Positions 27,333 through 37,531 are shown, numbered from the stretch's first letter. The stretch is DNA of 64,000 nt from Ignavibacteriota bacterium (GCA_043807765.1 JAZDFQ010000098.1:19349-83348); one strand, 5' to 3'. Notes: a model not told the origin generated them from the letters alone. A program made the numbers and translations.

Positions 27333-29468
27333 ATGAGTTTGGTTATTCGTCGTTTAACTATTCTATGTCTGTTGTTTTTTGCATCACAATCTTATTCACA
27401 ATGGAGTTTAACTGTTCTCGATCCTCAGCAAACATGGAACACCGCTCCGGGTAATATTGAAGAAGCGGTTTTTTCTATTGGTCAAAAAGGACTTTACAGT
27501 CAGGTAAGTGCTTACTTAACTTTTTCAGCAAAGGGTTCTAATTTCTATACAAACAATCCACTGGAAGTAGTTTACAATTTTGAATTACCTGAAGGAAGTA
27601 TCGTTTCCGATCTATGGTTGTGGATTGGAGATAAGATCAGTAAAGGAAAAGTTCTGGATGTCTGGACGGCTTCTCAGATCTATGAAAGCATTGTAAACAG
27701 AAGGCAAGACCCGGCAATACTAAAAAAGATCGGGACAAAGAGTTATCAGCTTCGTGTTTATCCAATGGGTAAAAATGAAACTCGTAAAGTTAGAATTACA
27801 TATTTAGCTCCAGTTGTTTGGAGCGAAGCAAATGTGTCGGTTGGAATTCCAACCGAACTGTTAAAAGTTTCCCGCTACCAAGTTCCAAAGGTATATTTGA
27901 AAACTTGGACGAGCATGGATTGGAAGAATCCATACATTTCAACCTCTGATAAATCGTTCAATAAGATAAACGATTCCTTCTTCGGCGATCACTTCGAAAT
28001 GGATATTTCCAGTCTCTCTACTTACAGCACCAACAACATCGTATTTGATAATCCAATGATTGGCGGAGTTTATTTTAAATACTATAAACTTGGCAACGAA
28101 GGTTTCTACCAACTCTCTGTAATGCCAGGAAATTCTTTAACCGGAAACTCGAAAAAAGCTCTTTTCTTAATTGATTACGATTCAAGAAAAAGCAATACTA
28201 CAAGAGCTACATTATTAACTAACTTGAAGCTATTATTAAAATCCAGCTTTAGCTCTAACGATAAGTTTAATATTATGTATTCCGGACTCAACATTGGGAA
28301 AGCCTCTGAAGATTGGGTAAGCGGAGATCAATCAAGCATTGATAAAGTTTTTTCTACAGTAACTGAAAATTCGATTTCCACTTACAGCAATTTGCCTGCA
28401 CTAATTAAAGAGGGCTGCGATTATCTGAACAAGAAAGGCGCTTCCGGCACAATATTCTTGTTGTCAAATTCTGATCAGTTAGGAAGCAATACAACAGCCA
28501 ATCAATTAATTAATGACATACGAAATCTGATGTCGGTTAATTATCCGGTAATGGTTTATGATTATAACGATAAGGATTATGTGTACTATTACTTCAACAA
28601 CAGATCTTATATTGGAAATGAATATCTGTATGATAACTTAAGCAGACTTACCGGCGGCACATATCAAAGAATTGGTACCAGCATAAGTACGACACTTTCA
28701 GAGCTATTTACCAAACTTAACGGTACAGTAAATTCTTTTGATTTGTATACAACTCTACAATCCGGTTTTTGCTATAGCAGACAAGCCTTAAGCGGAAAGG
28801 GAGAAGTTGTTTCTCTTAATAAACCAATATTACAAATTGGAAAATATACGGGCGAGTTTCCTTTCATTGTAAAAACTTCCGGCATGTTTAATTCTACTCC
28901 ATTTACTCAAACAATGATGATTGATGATGCGGCAAATAAAAAAGGGGAAGATATTATTCCTAAAACTTGGGTTGGTAATTACATAAACACGCTTATGAAT
29001 TCAACAATTACCAATTCAGTTATTAACGAAATAGTTGGATTGAGTAGGACTCATCAAATATTAACAAATTACACTGCCTTCTTAGCTTTAGAGAATGATA
29101 CTTCGTGGTGCTACACTTGTTTCTATGATGATGGAAAACCAATCGGTGCTACAGATGTTGAGGCAACGTCGGAAATACCAACAGAATTTTCTTTAGATGC
29201 TTATCCAAATCCATTTAATTCTCAAGTTACGATAACAGTTAAGCTCCCAAACAATATGCTTGGACAGAAACTCTCGTTCAAAATATTTAACACGCTTGGA
29301 CAAGTTGTTAAAACATTTTCTTCCGATGAAATCCAGAATAAGAGTGTGGTTAAATTGTTCTGGGATGGCAAGAATGATTTCGGCGAAGTTATTTCGAGCG
29401 GAGTTTATTTGTTTAGTGTAAGCGGCGGCAAGTTTGTTAAGACGCTTAAACTGATGTACATGAAATAA
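27333..29468 (+). CDS. VIT-domain / vWA-like secreted protein with T9SS CTD
   Basis: LEVVYNFELPEGSIVSDLWLWIG...DPAIL...YQLRVYP (VIT-like); FLIDYDS vWA-like strand; YPNPFNS CTD; AGGAGG RBS before ATG 27333. Confidence 0.75.
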   Translation: MSLVIRRLTILCLLFFASQSYSQWSLTVLDPQQTWNTAPGNIEEAVFSIGQKGLYSQVSAYLTFSAKGSNFYTNNPLEVVYNFELPEGSIVSDLWLWIGDKISKGKVLDVWTASQIYESIVNRRQDPAILKKIGTKSYQLRVYPMGKNETRKVRITYLAPVVWSEANVSVGIPTELLKVSRYQVPKVYLKTWTSMDWKNPYISTSDKSFNKINDSFFGDHFEMDISSLSTYSTNNIVFDNPMIGGVYFKYYKLGNEGFYQLSVMPGNSLTGNSKKALFLIDYDSRKSNTTRATLLTNLKLLLKSSFSSNDKFNIMYSGLNIGKASEDWVSGDQSSIDKVFSTVTENSISTYSNLPALIKEGCDYLNKKGASGTIFLLSNSDQLGSNTTANQLINDIRNLMSVNYPVMVYDYNDKDYVYYYFNNRSYIGNEYLYDNLSRLTGGTYQRIGTSISTTLSELFTKLNGTVNSFDLYTTLQSGFCYSRQALSGKGEVVSLNKPILQIGKYTGEFPFIVKTSGMFNSTPFTQTMMIDDAANKKGEDIIPKTWVGNYINTLMNSTITNSVINEIVGLSRTHQILTNYTAFLALENDTSWCYTCFYDDGKPIGATDVEATSEIPTEFSLDAYPNPFNSQVTITVKLPNNMLGQKLSFKIFNTLGQVVKTFSSDEIQNKSVVKLFWDGKNDFGEVISSGVYLFSVSGGKFVKTLKLMYMK

Positions 29469-29487
29469 GGGAGGTTTACTAGTAACC

Positions 29488-29514
29488 AAAGCGCTTGCTT
29501 CGGTGGGCGCTTTT
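29488..29514 (+). terminator. Rho-independent terminator
   Basis: AAAGCGCTTGC-TTCG-GTGGGCGCTTTT with UUCG loop. Confidence 0.8.
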
Positions 29515-29591
29515 CGTTTAAAGTTTCGTCGTCTTCAATCTAAACTTTCTTTAGTATTTTTCGATAATAATAACAAAAACGGCTACCGGAA

Positions 29592-29993
29592 ATGAAACGC
29601 ATCGGAATATCACTAGTTCTATTTATTCTCTTAATTGGCTTGAGTAATTGTGCTACAGTACTTAATACTACAACTCAGGATGTTGAAATTAGCTCTGTAC
29701 CGGAGAACGCAAAGATTACCATTGATGGAAAGAAATTTGGGCTAACGCCGCAAGTCGTTAATCTAGACAGGGATGCTAATCACATAATTAAAATTGATCT
29801 GGATGGTTACGAGCCTTACGAAACTCAGTTAACGAAGAAAATCTCTGTCTGGTTTTGGGGAAACGCTCTAAATGGCTTTTTACCTGGAATGATAGTAGAT
29901 ATGTTCACCGGCTCTATGTACAATTTGCTTCCGAAAGGAGTTTCAGTAGATCTGCAGCCGGCAAAAGCAGAGCCTACAAAAAAATCCAAATGA
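29592..29993 (+). CDS. PEGA-domain lipoprotein
   Basis: Lipobox-like LSNC; ISSVPENAKITIDG...GLTP...DGYEP. Confidence 0.8.
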   Translation: MKRIGISLVLFILLIGLSNCATVLNTTTQDVEISSVPENAKITIDGKKFGLTPQVVNLDRDANHIIKIDLDGYEPYETQLTKKISVWFWGNALNGFLPGMIVDMFTGSMYNLLPKGVSVDLQPAKAEPTKKSK

Positions 29994-30022
29994 TCTTGTC
30001 TCATCAAAAAGAAAGAACACAA

Positions 30023-30055
30023 AAAATGGCGCACAAAAGGCGCCATTTTCTTTTT
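30023..30055. terminator. Bidirectional terminator between convergent genes
   Basis: AAAATGGCGC-ACAAAAG-GCGCCATTTT with flanking A and T runs. Confidence 0.75.
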
Positions 30056-30068
30056 GTAGACATATATT

Positions 30069-30893
30069 TTATTCGAAGAACAATTTCTGCTTAGCGTCAG
30101 TTTTATCATTTGATTCATAATAAAGAAGTTCCTTTTCAGAGACAACTTTGCATTTACCAAAATCAGAATTATTGCTAACAAAATTCTTCAAATCAGTTTC
30201 CGAGCTAAATTTGATTAAAGAATAGCAAGATGACTTCTCACCGAAGTCTTCCGGCAGCAAATAAACCAAATAGTTGCTGAACGATTCAAATTTTTCGGAC
30301 CATGATGGAAAACCGTTTTGAAATCCTAGTGCGCCTTTAATTACTTTTAGATTTTTGTGCGATTTTCTAAACTCCTCATTTCCAAATCTTTCCGGAATTT
30401 GAAACAATGCTTCTTTGCTTTTGCTTAAAACAATTTCAAATAACTTAATCGTTAGCTCTCCGGCTTCCTTAGTCCCTTTGTCATTAGCTATCGAGATATA
30501 GAATCTTCCAAGTGCGGACTGAACTTGAAACGGAGTGATGCAAACATATTTAGAAAGTGTATCGCGCTTGCTGCATTTGAAATGAGAAACAGAATAAATG
30601 CCATAAGCGGCTATAGGATCAATCATTCGGTAAAATTCTACACGGAAATGTACTTTCTTCCATTCGATTTCTTGAAGCAAGAGTATGTCGAATCCATATT
30701 CTAAATAAATATCAGCGCCCCCATCTATAATTCCCCACAAGGCATCTCCGCTAAAGTAACTTGCGCGAATAATTTTGCCGGAAGGAATATCGTTAGCCGT
30801 TAATGCGGGGAAGTCGCTATCAGTTTGCGCATTATTAACAACGGAAAAAACTAAAATGAGATAGATGACTAACAGCAAAAGAAATCTTCTCAT
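30069..30893 (-). CDS. Secreted protein (DUF6599-like)
   Basis: Signal peptide; LWGIIDGGADIYLEYGF...AAYGIYS. Confidence 0.65.
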   Translation of the reverse strand: MRRFLLLLVIYLILVFSVVNNAQTDSDFPALTANDIPSGKIIRASYFSGDALWGIIDGGADIYLEYGFDILLLQEIEWKKVHFRVEFYRMIDPIAAYGIYSVSHFKCSKRDTLSKYVCITPFQVQSALGRFYISIANDKGTKEAGELTIKLFEIVLSKSKEALFQIPERFGNEEFRKSHKNLKVIKGALGFQNGFPSWSEKFESFSNYLVYLLPEDFGEKSSCYSLIKFSSETDLKNFVSNNSDFGKCKVVSEKELLYYESNDKTDAKQKLFFE

Positions 30894-32059
30894 AAACCGA
30901 GCTCAATTTTTTTCAATTCAATCTTCTCAATATCGGCAACGCCAAGATTATATTTTTGCGCGAGATCCATAAAAATTCTTCCGCGCGCAATATCTTCTTT
31001 CTGGACTTTCAGCTCAATACGTTTCTTAATTACTATGTCGTAACCAATTCTATCAACAGCTACTGCATCGCTACCGATTAATAATGTTTTGTATTCTGTG
31101 AAGAACTGAGGATTAGCACCCGGGCCGCCGTTAAAGCATCCTTTTATTCCATCAACAATATTTAAAACAACCTTGTCACGCAACGGAGGGAATGCGCAAA
31201 CCTCAGCGGTTGTTTCGTGCCAGAGCTGTTTATGCAATCGGCCGGTGTTAGATACACTTCCATAAGCAAGATTTTTTAAGCAGAGAGTTATTGATGAGCC
31301 AGCGTTCTTTAATATTGGCACATTGATGATCTTATCAACCATCTGTGTAACAATTTTTGTGAAGTAAGAATACTTTCCTTCGTTCACCATATAAGGAATA
31401 GTAGCGCTGTCATATTTTTCTTCGCAGTCAGCCATATAGTACCAGTCTTTGTCAATCATACGTTCGCCGTAGAGTTTTCCATTTTCATCATACATCTTTC
31501 CATTTTCGCCACGCTCGGTACCAATTATTTTGATGCCCGGGAAATTGTCTTTAGTGAATCCGGCTTCTGCAAGCTGTTCTTCGCGTCTATCCCAAATAAG
31601 AATTTTGTCTTTAGGTATTCCGGCATCGGTTAGCTGTTTAACAATTGCTTGTGTTACTTCAACACTTGTTGATAATGTTGGTCCGGCTACGGGATTTACT
31701 TTCAATCCAATTCTGTCTTTTTGGGAAACAAATTTTAACCAAGCATCTTTAAGCGATTTTGCTCCTGTCAATTCAAGCATTCCCTTTGCAAGCATATCGT
31801 AAGCAGCTTGTCCATCAATTTTGTTGTCTACAATCGATTTAGCATGATCAACTTCAACAACCATTCCCGGATACAAGCCGGGCATAGATAAATTTGTGCG
31901 CGGATGTTTTAACGCGTCTTCAATATTTGTTTTTGGTTTTTCCGGTGCGGCTACTGATTGCGCCAACAAAGCTGTACTTAGGAATAATACAAAAACTAGT
32001 GAGGTAATAATTTGTTTAAAGCAAAAATTAAGTTTGCGTGATGAATTTTTTGTTTTCAT
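30890..32059 (-). CDS. DUF362-domain protein with N-terminal signal-like segment
   Basis: IGLKVN, IINVPILKN...ITLCLKNL, DAVAVDRIG; start moved to ATG 32059. Confidence 0.8.
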   Translation of the reverse strand: MKTKNSSRKLNFCFKQIITSLVFVLFLSTALLAQSVAAPEKPKTNIEDALKHPRTNLSMPGLYPGMVVEVDHAKSIVDNKIDGQAAYDMLAKGMLELTGAKSLKDAWLKFVSQKDRIGLKVNPVAGPTLSTSVEVTQAIVKQLTDAGIPKDKILIWDRREEQLAEAGFTKDNFPGIKIIGTERGENGKMYDENGKLYGERMIDKDWYYMADCEEKYDSATIPYMVNEGKYSYFTKIVTQMVDKIINVPILKNAGSSITLCLKNLAYGSVSNTGRLHKQLWHETTAEVCAFPPLRDKVVLNIVDGIKGCFNGGPGANPQFFTEYKTLLIGSDAVAVDRIGYDIVIKKRIELKVQKEDIARGRIFMDLAQKYNLGVADIEKIELKKIELGL

Positions 32060-32129
32060 GGTAAGACCACATTTGTGATAAGTAAACTTAGAGATATCGC
32101 CGGTGAAAGTGTAGATCAAAAAGAGGGAA

Positions 32130-33041
32130 TTATTTAAGCGGTTGAAGTCTACTAAGTAAAAATGCGGATTTGTACTTCTTGTAAATTCTGTCCTTTTTAG
32201 GAAGAGCGCCATTTACCTTGCAAATTTCAAGAGCAAAATCGTTTGCCAGAGTATTAATTTGCTTTAGCGGGAGATTAAATAAATAACCCAAACAGAGAAT
32301 AGCCGCAAATGCATCACCGGCGCCGAGAGTATCAATTACCGCTTCATGTACAATACGCCTAAACTTATCCGATTCCGTAGCCGTATAGAGCTCGGAGCCC
32401 TTTTCTCCTAATGTTAAACCGACTAGTTCTATATTGAACTGCTCAATTAACATGTTAATCGCAAAAAAATTGTCATTTGGAAGTGCAAACAACCGTTTAA
32501 GAATTTCAAGTTCCAGTTCGTTTATTTTTATCACATTACTTACTTGAAGAGTTTTTTCAACAAATGCTTTCGTGTAAAAATCGTGACGAAGATTTAAATC
32601 GCAGAAATATTTTTTCCCCGGATAGTCTAATAATGATAAAATAGTCTTACGCGAAAATTCTGTTCGAGTAGTAAATGTGCCGAAGTAGAGTAAATCGGTT
32701 TCTTTATTAACAACCCTCTTAGCCGCGTTGTTAAGAGAAAGATGATCAAAACTACATTCAGACGAAATAATGAAGCTTGGGACTTTGTTTTCATCAAGAG
32801 CTACTTTTACAGTGCCGGTTGGATGAATTTTATCAATTGAAATGGTCTTTGTATTAAATCCGAAAGTAGAAAGAATAGCCAGCAATTCTTTTCCGTTAGC
32901 GTCATTTCCTACGGAAGAAATAAAATTAGCATTTCCGAATATTTTATGAATATGATAAATGAAATTAAAAGGGGCACCACCTAATCTTTTTTCATCCGGG
33001 TAAACATCCCAGAGTATTTCACCAATCGCCGTAATGTTTAT
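32130..33041 (-). CDS. PfkB-family carbohydrate kinase (fructokinase-like), apparent ATA start
   Basis: C-terminal DTLGAGDAF; frame stays open upstream of the tracked TTG and encodes the PfkB N-terminus ITAIGEILWDVYPDEKRLGGAPFN; no ATG/GTG/TTG in that extension. Confidence 0.85.
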   Translation of the reverse strand: MNITAIGEILWDVYPDEKRLGGAPFNFIYHIHKIFGNANFISSVGNDANGKELLAILSTFGFNTKTISIDKIHPTGTVKVALDENKVPSFIISSECSFDHLSLNNAAKRVVNKETDLLYFGTFTTRTEFSRKTILSLLDYPGKKYFCDLNLRHDFYTKAFVEKTLQVSNVIKINELELEILKRLFALPNDNFFAINMLIEQFNIELVGLTLGEKGSELYTATESDKFRRIVHEAVIDTLGAGDAFAAILCLGYLFNLPLKQINTLANDFALEICKVNGALPKKDRIYKKYKSAFLLSRLQPLK

Positions 33042-33454
33042 TTGTCTTTCCGTTTTGTCCTCATGGCTTTTGTCTTGGCAATCGATTCGTCTTTAACAAG
33101 TTTCTGATATTGAACCGACTCGACTGCATATAACGCGACTTTTCCTACTTCGTTGCTGTGGATTCCCCAACCGTAGCGTTTAGCTAAAGGGGACGTACGC
33201 AAGCAAGCTTGTCCTTTTGAGAAAAACATTTTCTTCTCTTCGGCAAAATGCTTTGCTGTAATTTTACTTTTGAGTGCGTGTATTTTAAATATAATTTCGT
33301 CGGAAGTAAATTTGTATGGCGATTGTGCTATCATTTCATATTGCAAAGCGGCAACAGTTTTGCTTTTGTTTTCCGAAGATGGAACCTTGGCTGTTTTTGT
33401 CGGACAATCATCCGCAACCTGAATTAATGTATTAAAGTAGTTGGTTGATTTCAT
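33038..33454 (-). CDS. DUF6157-family protein
   Basis: TNYFNTLIQVADDCP; FFSKGQACLRTSPLAKRYGWGIH. Confidence 0.75.
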   Translation of the reverse strand: MKSTNYFNTLIQVADDCPTKTAKVPSSENKSKTVAALQYEMIAQSPYKFTSDEIIFKIHALKSKITAKHFAEEKKMFFSKGQACLRTSPLAKRYGWGIHSNEVGKVALYAVESVQYQKLVKDESIAKTKAMRTKRKDK

Positions 33455-33499
33455 TTATGAATTCTTTTGTTGAATAAATTGGCGGGAGTTCTTAGCCTA

Positions 33500-33949
33500 T
33501 CAAATATTCTTCTTCATGCAAATGCTTTCTTTGTTTCCAACATATTCGCCATAGTTGTCAATCCACTGATAATGCATCCGTTCGTATAAAAAAATTGCTT
33601 CCGGCTGATTAACGCCGGTTTCCAGATAAATGGTTTTCTTGTTTAACTCTACAGCCCATTTTTCCAATTCTTCAACAATGATTCTTCCTATCCTTCTTCC
33701 ACGGTATTCTTTGCGGACAAACATTCTCTTTAACTCCGTACTGCCGTCATATTCAAAATCTCTTAGGCAACCACAACCGGCAGCAATTCCATCTATGTAG
33801 ATAACAAGTGTGTGCGCATCATTGTTAATTGCATTTCCCTTCTCATACAACTGCTGCGTTTCGGGATATCTTTGCCACAGTTCTTCATCAAGTAGTTTCA
33901 CCAATTCAAGAAAATCTTTATCGCTTCCGGTTGTTCTTTTTATTTCCAT
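33500..33949 (-). CDS. GNAT N-acetyltransferase
   Basis: ELKRMFVRKEYRGRRIG; LETGVNQPEAIFLY. Confidence 0.9.
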   Translation of the reverse strand: MEIKRTTGSDKDFLELVKLLDEELWQRYPETQQLYEKGNAINNDAHTLVIYIDGIAAGCGCLRDFEYDGSTELKRMFVRKEYRGRRIGRIIVEELEKWAVELNKKTIYLETGVNQPEAIFLYERMHYQWIDNYGEYVGNKESICMKKNI

Positions 33950-34048
33950 ATAAAACAAGAGCCGTTTTAATTGATGGATTCGTACGAGTAAGCCGCAACG
34001 ATTATGAGTTACACTGTAAAATTGTTAATCAAACGGAATAATGCAACA

Positions 34049-35065
34049 TTATCTTTTAAATAAATTCGATTCTACTCCCTCGTTGGTCATCTTTATAGCC
34101 TTTATATATCCTTCCTCATCAAAGTACATACGGTCAATACAAACAACTCTAAAGTCCCTAGCGACTTCACCAAGCGGTCTTCGGTGATAAACAATATACC
34201 ATTTGTCTTCACCGGGAATTTGAATTACCGAGTGATGCCCGGCGCCGGTTGCAACCTCTTTATCTTGCTGAAGTACTTTTCCGATACGTGTAAATGGTCC
34301 CGTTGGGTTATCAGCAATAGCATAGGCCACACTATAATTTGGTCCACCCCATCCTCCTTCAGACCACATGAAATAATATTTACCGTTGCGTATAAACATA
34401 AATGGCCCTTCAACGTAATCTTTAGGGGTGATCTCCTTAAACACTTTTCCATCTTCAAAAGGGATGAAGCCGGTAAACTCATTGTTAAGCTTTGCAATGT
34501 TGCAGTGTCCCCATCCGCCGTAAATTAAATAATGAGAGCCATCTTGATCTCTAAACGCAAATTGGTCTATCGGCTGTGCATTGTTATGAAAATCCGCAAT
34601 AAGAGGTTTATCCAAATAATCTTTATATGGTCCGCCGGGAGAATCGGCAACAGCAATTCCGATTCCGCCGGTGTGGCTAGAGCTATCTTTCGTATCCCAC
34701 ATCGGCCCGCCCGGGCGCTGCAGATCGTTAGCAGAAAAGAATAAGTAATACTTGTTTTCTTTTTCGATAACCGACGGAGCCCACATTGCTTTGTGTGCCC
34801 ACTTAACAATAGATGTATCAATAACTCTTGAATGTTTTTCCCATGTGACCAAATCTTTTGATGAAAACGCATCGAGGAAAACTTGCTTCTCGTAGACATC
34901 GGAGTAAGTTGGATAAATCCAGTATTCTTTTCCGAAAATAACTCCTTCCGGATCAGCGTATCTGCCTTGAATAATTGGATTGCCACTGAATTTAGCACCT
35001 ACATTACTCTGCGCAGATAATCCTATAGTGAAAAAAAATAATAATGTTCTTAATAGTCTTTTCAT
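34049..35065 (-). CDS. GH43 glycoside hydrolase, secreted
   Basis: YADP, WAPSV, QPIDQF, EGPFM, GAGHHS motifs. Confidence 0.92.
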   Translation of the reverse strand: MKRLLRTLLFFFTIGLSAQSNVGAKFSGNPIIQGRYADPEGVIFGKEYWIYPTYSDVYEKQVFLDAFSSKDLVTWEKHSRVIDTSIVKWAHKAMWAPSVIEKENKYYLFFSANDLQRPGGPMWDTKDSSSHTGGIGIAVADSPGGPYKDYLDKPLIADFHNNAQPIDQFAFRDQDGSHYLIYGGWGHCNIAKLNNEFTGFIPFEDGKVFKEITPKDYVEGPFMFIRNGKYYFMWSEGGWGGPNYSVAYAIADNPTGPFTRIGKVLQQDKEVATGAGHHSVIQIPGEDKWYIVYHRRPLGEVARDFRVVCIDRMYFDEEGYIKAIKMTNEGVESNLFKR

Positions 35066-35103
35066 GTTCAGTCCGGAAGTAGGAAAATTTTCAAGTTTTG
35101 TTT

Positions 35104-35682
35104 TTATTTCTCGATCGTTATATCGTACTTGCTTAGCAAGCCGGTAACACCCTCAATAGAAAACTTTGCTTTGGATATTTTGTTCTTCTCCGGGTCAATT
35201 GCATAATTGTAGGCCGATCTGAAATCGCAGTTTGATAAATTGGAATTTTCAAAGAGAGTTTTATTTAAGTCGCACTCTAAAAATTGTGAGCCGGATAAAT
35301 CCGCATTAACAAAATCGGTTTCTCTTAATTCGCATTTGCTGAATGTTGTTTTACGTAGTTTGAGATTGTAAAACGATGCTAGGTTTAGCTGAGAGCCTTC
35401 AAATTCCATAGTGAGCATAAGCTTATTGCAAGTTGAAAATTGCAGCCCTATTAACTTGCAGTTGGTAAACTTCACATCACGGAAAACAGTATCCGCAATT
35501 TTGACGTTGCTTAGCTCGCAGTTAACAAACTCGCAGTTGATGAAGACGTTTCCCGATAGATTAACATTTGCTATGCGGCAGTTTGTGAAGATACAGTTTT
35601 CATATTCGCCGTTAGCAAAACCATCTTTCACAAAATCGTTGTTGTTGTATTTTTCATCTAAGAAATAATTTCGCTCGCTCAT
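35104..35682 (-). CDS. Pentapeptide-repeat protein
   Basis: Repeated [x]-[D/N]-[L/F]-x-x pentads across most of the protein. Confidence 0.9.
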   Translation of the reverse strand: MSERNYFLDEKYNNNDFVKDGFANGEYENCIFTNCRIANVNLSGNVFINCEFVNCELSNVKIADTVFRDVKFTNCKLIGLQFSTCNKLMLTMEFEGSQLNLASFYNLKLRKTTFSKCELRETDFVNADLSGSQFLECDLNKTLFENSNLSNCDFRSAYNYAIDPEKNKISKAKFSIEGVTGLLSKYDITIEK

Positions 35683-36053
35683 TTACTCTTCTTTTTCTTA
35701 GCGAGATTTTCTTTAACACGGTATTTAACAATTTTGCTAATCAAGCCAAGAGGCAGCTTTTCATCTATTGGAAATTGAACGGCGCCTTTAGAGCTTTTGT
35801 ATTTCAAAAGCTCCTTCTTAAACGCCTCAATGCCCGAAGGCGCCGGGTAAAAACCAATATGGTTTTTGTAAGCTGCAAAGTGAACAAGATTTCCGTTCAG
35901 CTTAAGTGTCGGCATTTGATAACTAATTGCTTCCTCAGCACCGGGTGCAGCTTTTCTGATAGTCTCTCTCAAACTTTTCAGACTAGTTTGTACTTCTTTT
36001 GGAAAGAGAGATATGTATTCATCAATGTTGCTGAACTTTACTTTTGAATCCAA
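35679..36053 (-). CDS. DUF1801 / YdhG-like protein
   Basis: IDEYI...LRETIRKAAPGAEEAISYQMPT...HFAAYKNHIGFYP...KGAVQFP. Confidence 0.9.
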   Translation of the reverse strand: MDSKVKFSNIDEYISLFPKEVQTSLKSLRETIRKAAPGAEEAISYQMPTLKLNGNLVHFAAYKNHIGFYPAPSGIEAFKKELLKYKSSKGAVQFPIDEKLPLGLISKIVKYRVKENLAKKKKSK

Positions 36054-36066
36054 GTTGGAATCCTTT

Positions 36067-36507
36067 CTAAGAAAGTTTGACTGCTGTTTTCTTTGCTCCG
36101 CATTTTAAGCAATTAGGTTTATGAACACTAAGTAAATATCCACAGTTGCCGCAAGCACATTTTGCTTGTTCGCGTGCAACAAACTTTCTTATTCCGATTA
36201 CCTTAATTGCATTTAGATTTTCTATCATGCTCGCACCATACTTGGTTCTGTAACGTTTATCTATATGCATTAACGCTTTGCATGGAAACTCTGAGCATTG
36301 ATAGCAGAACTTGGCGTTGGCATTTGTAAAGAAGCCGCACGTTCTAATTTTGCATCTTTCTATTGATACCGGCATTCCGGCGCTAAGTTGGCGGCAGCCC
36401 GGACATTTATTCTTTTCCCTTTGAAAGGCATAACATAAACCGCAGTTCATTCCGCACTTGGCTATTAAAGACGGTTTTATTTTTGGGTGAACTATCAAGT
36501 GTTTCAA
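36067..36507 (-). CDS. DUF3795 Cys-rich protein
   Basis: CGMNCGLC, CPGC, CKIRTC, FCYQCSEFPC, C-terminal CxxC pairs. Confidence 0.85.
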   Translation of the reverse strand: MKHLIVHPKIKPSLIAKCGMNCGLCYAFQREKNKCPGCRQLSAGMPVSIERCKIRTCGFFTNANAKFCYQCSEFPCKALMHIDKRYRTKYGASMIENLNAIKVIGIRKFVAREQAKCACGNCGYLLSVHKPNCLKCGAKKTAVKLS

Positions 36508-36523
36508 GTCTCTACTCGTTCAA

Positions 36524-37465
36524 CTATTTCTGTATTTCGTCACGGCTGCATCGTGACGACGGAAGAAAATCACTCTGCATAATATTGTTTAGACTTCTTG
36601 CAAATCCATCTATGTCTGGGAACAAGGTTTCTTCTGTAATATTTTTTGACTTTAAGTCCTTAATAATACTAGGTATGATATCTTTCGGGATTACAAACTT
36701 TATTATGACTGGAGCTAAATCTTCACAATTGATATCGCTAATAGATTTTATATATGCACATTCTTCATTAAGCCCTTTTATAGAATTTTCGAAATAATTA
36801 ACCACTGTTTCTTCAAAAGAAAATTCAAGTCGTGTTGCACAAACAAAACATCCTCTCTGGGCAGACAGCCTGCTATTCAAGAAACTGGGTTCTGCTCCAA
36901 TTAAAACACCCTTAATTTTGGTGGTTTTTTTCCTACGTTGATTTTTAAAACTGATCATGTTTTGGGAAAGTTCGAGATTTACTGCTTTTCTGAAAAAATA
37001 GTCAACAGAATTGTCATTATTTATAGATTCAGAAACAAGGGTCGGATTATCTATGTTGTCAATACCATTTAGTGCGAGTGCCGTGCTATTTAATGCCCAG
37101 ATAGCACTTGAATTTTCTTGTTTTCTTGTCGCAAAAAAAGCCGCTATGAATAAAGAACTAGTAAAGTCTAGCAACCGGGTTGCAGTACCATGATGTTGCA
37201 TAATAGACAACCAGCTAAATAAGTCGTCATTACTTGGAATTTTCGTTAAATATTTTTTCGAATGTTTTTTAAATCGACTAATCGTTTTACTTTCATAATA
37301 GTATTGCCAGTAAAGATTTTCTTTCTCTAAGAACTTAGTTTCGCGTTCTAACGAGGGTTCCAGAGACCATTCGTTTTTTGATTGTCCTCGAAAAATGTAC
37401 TTTCTCAGATTCTTCACTTGAGATTTTAGGAGTTTCCAATCCTTTACATTTATAACCCAGTACAT
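36524..37465 (-). CDS. FRG-domain protein
   Basis: YIFRGQS, WSLEPSLER, MQHHGTATRLLDFTSS, AAFFA, RLSAQRGCF, ETLFPDIDG. Confidence 0.92.
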   Translation of the reverse strand: MYWVINVKDWKLLKSQVKNLRKYIFRGQSKNEWSLEPSLERETKFLEKENLYWQYYYESKTISRFKKHSKKYLTKIPSNDDLFSWLSIMQHHGTATRLLDFTSSLFIAAFFATRKQENSSAIWALNSTALALNGIDNIDNPTLVSESINNDNSVDYFFRKAVNLELSQNMISFKNQRRKKTTKIKGVLIGAEPSFLNSRLSAQRGCFVCATRLEFSFEETVVNYFENSIKGLNEECAYIKSISDINCEDLAPVIIKFVIPKDIIPSIIKDLKSKNITEETLFPDIDGFARSLNNIMQSDFLPSSRCSRDEIQK

Positions 37466-37531
37466 TGTTTATAACCTATTAGCTCATTTGTAATAACGAA
37501 AGTTGTTTTGTGTATTATCTTTCATTGTTTA

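Noticed and set aside
35104-35682. Pentapeptide protein as Qnr/MfpA resistance gene
   Set aside because: Generic pentapeptide repeats; no diagnostic features that I can verify
37466-37531. Possible integron attC site between the metallopeptidase and FRG genes (GTTATAA core)
   Set aside because: No matching RYYYAAC inverse core or L-box pairing; only a short GAAA-loop hairpin; no integrase
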